Source of the DNA: Octopus sinensis
Taxonomy: Eukaryota
NCBI RefSeq assembly: GCF_006345805.1
Contig: NW_021825094.1
Span: 1 to 16,761 of the forward strand
Direction of reading: 5' to 3'
DNA length: 16,761 bases
Position numbers and translations under genes: made by a program. Under the pieces are notes generated by a model. That model saw nothing but the letters and a program-made list of their open reading frames with translations. It was not told the DNA's origin and ran no database searches. Positions 9,898 to 16,761 of the stretch are shown in pieces (position 1 is the first letter of the stretch; every line of letters begins with the position of its first letter).

Positions 9898-10431
9898 ATT
9901 GATCATGTCTCCAAATGCAGTCTTCTAGCGCCTACAGAGTACCTCAACAGGCATGATAGAGCTGCACAATATATTCACTGGGTAATTTGCAAAAACCTGG
10001 ATTTGCCCCATGAAAAAAACTGGTGGGAACACAATCCACCTCCAGTGCTTGAAAATGACCACATCTCACTCCTCTGGAACTTCACCATTCAAACTGACAG
10101 AAAGATAGATGCAAATAGGCCAGACATCATATTGAAATACTTCAGACAAAGAACATGCCTCCTCATTGATATGACTGTCCCAATCGATATAAACGTATCT
10201 GTCAAGACCTACCAAAAACTGAGCAAATATAAAGATCTTGAAATAGAAATCAGCAAAATGTGGAACCTGAAGACTAAAACAATACCTGTTGTCATAGGTG
10301 CCCTGGGAATGATAGCGAAAAGGGCTGATTGCTACCTAACTCAGATACCAGGAAACCCCAAAATGGCAGAAATTCAAAAGATAGTGCTCATGCGAACTGC
10401 TCATATCCTACGCAAAATACTCTCTATGTAA
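9898..10431 (+). pseudogene. Truncated retrotransposon ORF: end of CCHC knuckle plus restriction-like (PD-D/ExK-type) endonuclease domain
   Basis: Uninterrupted frame, in frame with the supplied ORF 10003..10431 whose start is TTG, not ATG: IDHVSKCSLLAPTEYLNRHDRAAQYIHWVICKNLDLPHEKNWWEH...LWNFTIQTDRKIDANRPDIILK...CLLIDMTVP...QKLSKYKDLEIEISKMW...IPVVIGALG...ILRKILSM*. It has no start codon and no RT domain. Confidence 0.9.
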
Positions 10432-10623
10432 TCCCAAGGTTTAAAACAAACTTTTTTTTAAAATTTATTTATCAGACATTCACTAGTACAACACCAAAAC
10501 AAAACCCCAAATATATGGCACACTATCATAACAACAACGTGAACTTCCAATCTGTTGTCTCTTGAGGTCTCTGGGTGGGACTTGGAGCCAACTTGTACAG
10601 ACATAAAGCAAAAGTCAAACATA
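9898..10623 (+). mobile_element. R4/Dong-clade copy 3, 5'-truncated, flanked by (TAA)n on both sides
   Basis: The open frame 9898-10431 encodes the RLE domain, followed by a roughly 190-nt 3' UTR. There is a long TAA tract upstream (to 9897) and a short one downstream (10625-10645). Confidence 0.92.
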
Positions 10624-10645
10624 GAATAATAATAATAACAATAAT

Positions 10646-11107
10646 TCAAACAGGCTATCATGGTTAAACATCAGGTTGGCAAAATATGCCTGTTCAATGA
10701 CATGTTAATCCCATTTGACTGCAACACTTCTGTAAAAATATTTGAAAAGTTAAGTAAACAAAAGGACGTTGAAACAGAGAACTACAACACGTGATCATCG
10801 AAGCTTTGGGGCCAATAACAAATGGCGCTTTTAAACACTATGGCGAAATACCAGGAAATCCGCAAGATATCAGAACTACAAAACATCGTCTTAGAAAAAC
10901 ATTGTCAACCTGAAACCATCTAATTCTCTAAAGACTCCGTCAAAATTTAAATATTACAAATTTCACAGAATCTTAGTTCTTAGATTCTGGCCTCCGTCGT
11001 TTATTCCAAATAACGTCATTAGTAAAATATCCAACTTGCTGTTAGTTGAGGTCTCTGGGTGAAACTTGGAACAACTCATATAAAACAAAGCAACAATAAC
11101 GGAAATG
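10646..11107 (+). mobile_element. R4/Dong-clade copy 4, older and degenerate, tandem behind copy 3
   Basis: GKICLFNDMLIPFDCNTSVKIFEKLSKQKDVETE (10678-10779) and VIIEALGPIT...EIPGNP...RKTLST* (10791-10913) align by eye to copy 3. The 3' UTR shares TTGAGGTCTCTGGGTG with copy 3 (11046-11061 vs 10562-10577). Confidence 0.82.
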
Positions 11108-11116
11108 AATAATAAT

Positions 11117-11280
11117 GGTTACTGATATGGACACAAGGTTATCACTTTTGAAGGGACTAGTTTCATTAATTAGACGGTTACCAATATTTGACTGGTACTT
11201 TATTATTCGACCCAGAAATGCGTTACTTTCTTTTTCTTTCTAACACTGTGTCCAGTAATCGGTGGGATTTGAATTCACAA
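11117..11280 (-). mobile_element. SINE family A, degenerate; tail meets the 3' end of LINE copy 4
   Basis: GGACACAAGG tail, GACTGGTACTTTATTATTCGACCC core and CGGTGGGATTTGAATTC B-box remnant. Confidence 0.65.
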
Positions 11281-11310
11281 AGTAAATATAATAATAAATT
11301 GTGTAATGTA

Positions 11311-11435
11311 TTATTCGGCCAGAAGTTTTATAGGGGAAGAAATAATCGATCGCATCGAACTCCAGGATTTCTCTGGTACCTTATTTTATCAACTACGAAT
11401 GGATGAAAGCCAAAGTTGACCTCGGCGAGATTTTA
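11311..11435 (-). mobile_element. SINE family A fragment
   Basis: CTGGTACCTTATTTTATCAACTACGAATGGATGAAAGCCAAAGTTGACCTCGGCG. Confidence 0.75.
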
Positions 11436-11474
11436 AAGGATCCTCCCAGCTCCCCGCCTTTAATAACAGCGGTT

Positions 11475-11752
11475 TCTTATTTTGGCGCATGACCAGAGAT
11501 TTTAAAGGCAGGGGTTTAGTCAAGACCAGCAAACCCGGTTCTTAATGGTTTCTTATTTTATCGAAAAGTTAACATCGATGCAGAGAGTCGGAAAGAAGAC
11601 AGCGTTATTTTATCCAACGCGCCAAGAACAACTCAACCATTTACGACCATGGTTTTTAACATTGGCACCAGGCGGCAGTTTTGTGGGGACAGAGCCTTAG
11701 TCCATTGAATCGGCCAAACTATTTAAGGGACGATGAAAGAACAATTGACACC
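11475..11752 (-). mobile_element. Two decayed SINE family A 3' fragments
   Basis: TTGGCGCATGACCAGAGATTTT...GGTTTCTTATTTTATCGA (11480-11565) and TTGGCACCAGGC...GATGAAAG (11660-11740) resemble the tail and core of the neighbouring copies. Confidence 0.5.
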
Positions 11753-11799
11753 GGTAAGCAATATAACAATATCAACGACAAGAAGCAGTAATACCTTTA

Positions 11800-11990
11800 T
11801 CTGACATTGGCAGAGTCAATACCAGAGATTGTGGGGAGAAGGATGAATCGATAAAATCGATATCACTATGGGAGTGATTGTATATTTTATTGGCACCGAA
11901 AGGATGAAAGGTGAGATTCGAACTCAGAACGAAGAAGACCTAAAATAAATACCACAAGGTATTTTCACCAATGCTCTATCGATTCTGCCA
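11800..11990 (-). mobile_element. SINE family A, degenerate near-full-length
   Basis: CCGAAAGGATGAAAGG core, TTCGAACTCAGAACG B-box side and GATTCTGCCA head end. Confidence 0.7.
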
Positions 11991-12063
11991 TAATATTATT
12001 ATTTTTTCTCAAATTTAACATAATGCCAACAAATCTGAGGGGGAAAATTCTGTTTATACCAAA

Positions 12064-12147
12064 AACATGTATAACAATAACAACAACAATAATAATATTA
12101 ACAACAACAACAATAATGATAATAATAGTAAATTAATAATAATAATA

Positions 12148-12190
<43 letters not shown>

Positions 12191-12227
12191 AATATTAACG
12201 ACAAAAAAAATAATAATGATAATAATA
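12064..12227 (+). repeat. (AAC)/(AAT)n tract
   Basis: Read directly from the sequence. Confidence 0.92.
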
Positions 12228-12229
12228 GT

Positions 12230-12438
12230 GGTTCCAAATTTTAGCACAAGGCCAGCAACTTCGGGGAAAAGGATAAGTCAGTTTCATCGACCCCAGCACT
12301 CGACTGGTACTTATTTTATCGAGCCCTACAGAATGAAAGGCAAAGTCGACTCAGCGGAATTTGAACTCAAAACGGGAAGAGGGACGAAATGCCACTAAGC
12401 ATTTCACCCGGCGTCCTAATGATGCTGTTAGTTCGTTT
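12230..12438 (-). mobile_element. SINE family A
   Basis: GGTTCCAAATTTTAGCACAAGGCCAGC...GACTGGTACTTATTTTATCGA...GAATGAAAGGCAAAGTCGAC...GGAATTTGAACTC...CTAAGCATTTCACCCGGCG; lies between a TAA tract and a GAA tract. Confidence 0.87.
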
Positions 12439-12440
12439 CA

Positions 12441-12544
12441 AGAAGAAGAAGAAGAAGAAGAAGAAGAAGAAGAAGAAAAGAAGAAGAAGAAGAAGAAGAA
12501 GAAGAAGAAGAAGAAGAAGAAGAAGAAGAAGAAGAAGAAGAAGA
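12441..12544 (+). repeat. Near-perfect (GAA)n
   Basis: Read directly; one A-insertion interruption at about 12477. Confidence 0.95.
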
Positions 12545-12555
12545 AAAACGATAGT

Positions 12556-12782
12556 CCTTCCTACTATTTCTACGAAGGGCACAAGGTTTGAAATTTGGGG
12601 GAGGGTGTTAGTCGATTACATCGAGCTCAGTATTGAACTGGTACTTGGTTAATCGACCCCGAAAGGATGAAAGGCAAAGTGGAACTCAGCAGAATTTGAA
12701 CTCAGAACGTCGACACAGTTATAATACCACAAAGCGCTAAGCATTTTGCCCAGCGTGCTAACGATGTTGCTAGCTCGCTGCA
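12556..12782 (-). mobile_element. SINE family A
   Basis: GGGCACAAGG...ATCGACCCCGAAAGGATGAAAGGCAAAG...GAATTTGAACTCAGAACG...CTAAGCATTTTGCCCAGCGTGCTAACGAT...CTAGCTCGCTGC. Confidence 0.87.
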
Positions 12783-12783
12783 T

Positions 12784-12791
12784 TAATAATA

Positions 12792-12843
<52 letters not shown>

Positions 12844-12882
12844 TATAATAATAATATAATAATAATAATAATAATAGTAATA
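12784..12882 (+). repeat. (TAA)n microsatellite
   Basis: Read directly from the sequence. Confidence 0.95.
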
Positions 12883-13015
12883 ACCCTTTCGGCTATGGGC
12901 ACGAGGCCTGAAATTTTGTTGGGGGAGGGGCTAGTCGAGCGGATTGACTTCAGTCTTCAACAGGTATTTATTTCATCGATCTCGAAAGGATAACATGCAA
13001 AGTCGATCTGGAATA
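12883..13015 (-). mobile_element. SINE family A, 3' half
   Basis: GGGCACGAGGCCTGAAATTTT...GGGGGAGGGGCTAGTCGA...CAGGTATTTATTTCATCGATCTCGAAAGGATAACATGCAAAGTCGA. Confidence 0.75.
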
Positions 13016-13091
13016 TTGATAACAATAACAATAAGAATAACCACAAAAACAATGACTTTGAGGATGATGATGATGATGGTGGTGATGATGT

Positions 13092-13205
13092 GTTTAGTCA
13101 CAACGCCAGCAATTTTGTGCGCAGATAGGATTTCAGTCGATCTCAGTATTCGACCCTCAAATGTATAAAAATCAAAAACGGTTTCAGCGGGATTTGAACT
13201 CGTAG
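13092..13205 (-). mobile_element. SINE family A, decayed
   Basis: GTCACAACGCCAGCAATTTT tail, TATTCGACCCTC core remnant and GCGGGATTTGAACTC B-box remnant. Confidence 0.55.
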
Positions 13206-13399
13206 CTTAGAGGAACCAGAGATAATGAAAACAATGATTCCTGCATTTTTCCCTTTCTTTTTTTTTATTTATTTTATTTAATTTTATTATATTTAGTTTT
13301 TTTTGTAAAGTGTAGCAAGAAAATTTTAAATTTAAGGATTAAAAAATAAACACCAAATATTTAACAAAAAAAAAAGCTGAAAGTAAAATTTGTTGTAAT

Positions 13400-13785
13400 A
13401 CAACACCAACCACAATAAGAACAACGGCAAATATACAACCACAACAACAGCAAGAGCAACAATAATAATAATAATAATAATAATAATACAACACTAATAA
13501 TGATAATAGTTTTGGCGGGGTACATACCTCGTTGCGTGGTTTGTGATAGAACAGTTGTAAAGCAAGAAAAGCTGAGTAAGTTTATATAAAACAGTAATTG
13601 AAGCCCGTGGGGGGGTAGAAATGTTGTTTTCCTCTCCATCATAATAATAACAATAAACATCACCATCATTATCATCTTCATCAACAACAGCAGTAGTAGT
13701 AGTAGCAGCAGCAGTAGTAGTAGTACATCCCAGAAATGTTTATATATCTATATATATATATAGATAGAAAGATAGATAGATATGT
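13400..13785 (+). repeat. Mixed low-complexity region: AAC/AAT, CAT, AGT/AGC, TA and GATA repeats
   Basis: Read directly from the sequence. Confidence 0.85.
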
Positions 13786-14045
13786 TAAGTGATATTTATG
13801 TTCACGACAACTTGTTAGCTTGTTGGTGTGTTGTGGTCTGTTCGTTGCGGTGGCTGTTGTTGTTGTAACTGTGGTGATGGGAGTTTTTTAACACTTTCAT
13901 GCGATAATTCTACAGTGTTTTTTTTTGTATTTGTTTTTGTATTGGTATTTTTTCTCAATGGTTTCGTTTAATGGGGTGGTGGTGAGGGTATGTGTGGTTT
14001 ACCCTGACCAGCGAGTCACTTGTAGGCAACATCCTTGATATAGTA

Positions 14046-14132
14046 ATGGCGGCGGCGACGGCGGCGAATGCTGCGGCGGCAGCGGTGGTGGTGGTGGTGG
14101 TGGTGGTGGCAGTGGCGGTGGTGGCGACGTGG
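14046..14132 (+). repeat. GC-rich (GGC)/(GGT)n tract
   Basis: Read directly from the sequence. Confidence 0.9.
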
Positions 14133-14214
14133 CGGGAAAACGAAAAGTCACGGCGAGAGATATTGAGCGATGGAGTACAGAAGAAAAAAGGAAGAAAAAT
14201 ACAATGTTTCCCCT

Positions 14215-14244
14215 CCATATATGCATATGCTCGTGTATACATAC

Positions 14245-14297
<53 letters not shown>

Positions 14298-14600
14298 GCA
14301 CACACTATCTAGCATGCATATAGAACGCTCGCTAAATGGACACCGTTATAGATATTGATGTGCGTGTGTGCACGAGTGCATGAATTTACATGTGCTTGAG
14401 TGAGTGTACATGTGTTCGTGTGTCTGTGTGTTTACGTATGACTATATATACGATATTGTTTTATAAATATGATACATGTGTAATACATCCGCATTCCTGG
14501 ACGACATTTTTACACGCATCATTCATATATATATATAATATATTTGAGTACTCTTTTTTTCCACCTTGTTTCACATTTATGTGTTTACTCCGGTATATAT

Positions 14601-14653
<53 letters not shown>

Positions 14654-15939
14654 TATATATATATATGTATATATATATTATATGAATGAATGTATGTGTG
14701 TATGTATGTTGTTTGTTGTATACGGTGGTTACATGAGACTGGTGATGATTGATGAGGCGAAAAGGGGTGATAAACACCCAGCGAAGAATCGGAAAGAGAT
14801 GCGAGAGACCGGGTTGGCCGAAAATACTACGGATCCACCTACATCGAAGCAGACGATAGTTTGGTTTGGTAAGTCTTGTAGAAGAAATTACCGGTGCTGA
14901 TGTTTGGTAACGCAATATAGGTAAGATTCCTTACGTTATACAAGGCAGGAGTATACACACACACACACGCACACATGCAGACATACAGACATAGAGACAT
15001 AGAGACACACACAGGCGCATGTGTGTACAAGAGTGAGTGTGTAAATGTGTTAGTGTGTTAGTGGAACTGTAAATGTCTGTGTGTAAGTGGAAACGTGTGT
15101 GTGTATGTGTACGCGTGTGAATATGTTATTGTATAACAAGCTAGAGTTATCTCTGCATACATAACTATGTATGTGTGTGTAGGTATGTACTTATGAATAC
15201 GTATATATATATATATATGTGTATGTATGTATGTATCTATGTATCTATGTATCTATGTATGTATGTATGTATGTATGTAAATATATATGCGTGTGTATAT
15301 ATATAATTTATATAGTTATAGATATGTTTATATATAAACGTATGAATTTATGTACGTCTGTACATGTATGTGTATATATATGAGTGTATGTATACTGCTA
15401 TATATATATACGTATATATAGTAATATGTGTACGTGTTATACGTTTATATCTACATACATATATACATGTCTGTACGCATGCATGTATGCGTGTATGTAT
15501 ATGTTTATATATGCACGTTGATATATATGTATACTTATATACGTCTAATTGGGATTGTATACTTGTGACTGGGCTTGCGTATACGCATGTGTGTATGTTT
15601 ATATACTGGTTTCTGAGAGCGAATGTATATCAGCGCGTGTATAGGTTAGTCGCAGTGTTTCTGGTTTGTTTTGAAACACGTTTCTGTGTGTAAAAACATT
15701 TACGAAATCTTTCTGTACAGAGTGTATATATATATGTGTGTATGTATTTGTATACGTGTATATAATGTGTGTGTATATACATATATCTATGTGTGTGTGA
15801 AGACGTGTGCTTTCGTTTGTTTAATTATGTAAGAATTCGCTCGCGTGTTTTTTCTTTTTTCTTTTATTGTTTATTTATGAGAATTATGCGTGCGTATATA
15901 TATATATGGCTGTATATACGTCTCAATATGTGGTTACAT

Positions 15940-15974
<35 letters not shown>

Positions 15975-16129
15975 TGTATATTGTTGTGTTCGAATGTGTG
16001 TATTTATAAGTGTTGAACTATTTCTATGAATGTAGTTGTGTGTTTGTGTGTATATATTTATGTAAGACTGAGAGCTACTCCAGTTTGGTTGCGCATACAG
16101 CTATATACGCGCGCGTGCGTGAGTGAGTG

Positions 16130-16178
<49 letters not shown>

Positions 16179-16761
16179 GTGTACGTACGTGTAGGCATGT
16201 GCGTGCGTGCTTGCATCAATGCGGAAGTGTCGCTCTGGCATGAAATGGGCTGAATGTGTATATGTGAGTGCTTAAATTTCTGTCTGTGTGTGCGTGTGTT
16301 TGTGTCTGTGTGTTCGCAGTTATGTCTGTGTGTGCGATTATTGACTTCTAAGAAAGTCAGTGCGCGTGTGAAAATGTCTGTGTGTTTGCGTAACACCGTT
16401 GTATGTGTGTGAATATGTGATTGTTTGTATGTGTGTCAGCATAACAGAAAGAGTGTATTTACATGTATCACAACTCTATGTTCGGAAAATGTATGTTAAT
16501 GTTTGTGTGTATGTGTGTATGTGTGAGTGTGTATATGTGTGTATATGTGTGTGTGCGCGTTTGAAGAATGCACATAAATATATATGAGTGTGTATATTTT
16601 TGCGAATCTGTTTAGTTATGTGAGACTTTAATACAATATGTGTATACGTGTGTGAAGCTGTATGCATTTATGTATGTATGCATGTATGTATATGCGTGTG
16701 TGTATGTTCATATATTTCTCTATGTGTGGTGTATATATATATATGTGTGGTGTATACATAT
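14215..16761 (+). repeat. About 2.5 kb of alternating purine-pyrimidine low-complexity sequence (TA, TG, CA, TATG), with a unique island at about 14710-14950
   Basis: Read directly; a perfect (TG)n lies at about 16132-16172. Confidence 0.92.

Noticed and set aside
11117-13205. CRISPR-like repeat-spacer array
   Set aside because: The units are long, divergent SINEs and the spacers are microsatellites; the context is eukaryotic with no cas genes.
2899-13205. Dong-like LINE as the mobilising partner of SINE A
   Set aside because: They share no 3'-terminal sequence and have opposite polarity relative to the TAA tract.
14042-14210. Gly-rich frame (SNGGGDGGECCGGSGGG...KRKVTARDIERW) as an exon
   Set aside because: There is a stop immediately upstream, the acceptor is weak, no donor is present, and the (GGC/GGT)n repeat explains it.
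15364-16667. ORFs in the last 1.4 kb (VCVY/HTHT repeats)
   Set aside because: These are translations of dinucleotide repeats.

Overview
Eukaryotic, AT-rich, microsatellite-saturated DNA with no recognisable host protein-coding gene; it is intronic or intergenic. The SINE heads and simple-repeat load match what I recall for Octopus (coleoid cephalopod), but that assignment is from memory and unverified. The interpretable content is retrotransposon debris. (i) Four 5'-truncated R4/Dong-clade non-LTR retrotransposon copies (thumb, CCHC and restriction-like endonuclease C-terminus) form two head-to-tail tandems: 2899-5178 on minus and 9898-11107 on plus. Nearly every junction is a (TAA)n tract. 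(ii) About 14 clear or partial copies of a tRNA-headed, Meta-domain-like SINE (family A), nine of them in a same-orientation chain at 11.1-13.2 kb. (iii) Two copies of a second tRNA-headed SINE (family B), one nested inside a LINE. (iv) Extensive tri-, di- and tetranucleotide repeats; most supplied ORFs are translations of these. The best candidate 'system' is a microsatellite-centred retroelement ecology. SINE A lies with TTA-type triplets on its sense strand, while the Dong-like LINEs sit in the same tracts on the opposite strand. All four LINE 3' UTRs carry a similarly placed small hairpin despite divergent sequence. This is plausible but inferred, and no novelty is established without database searches.
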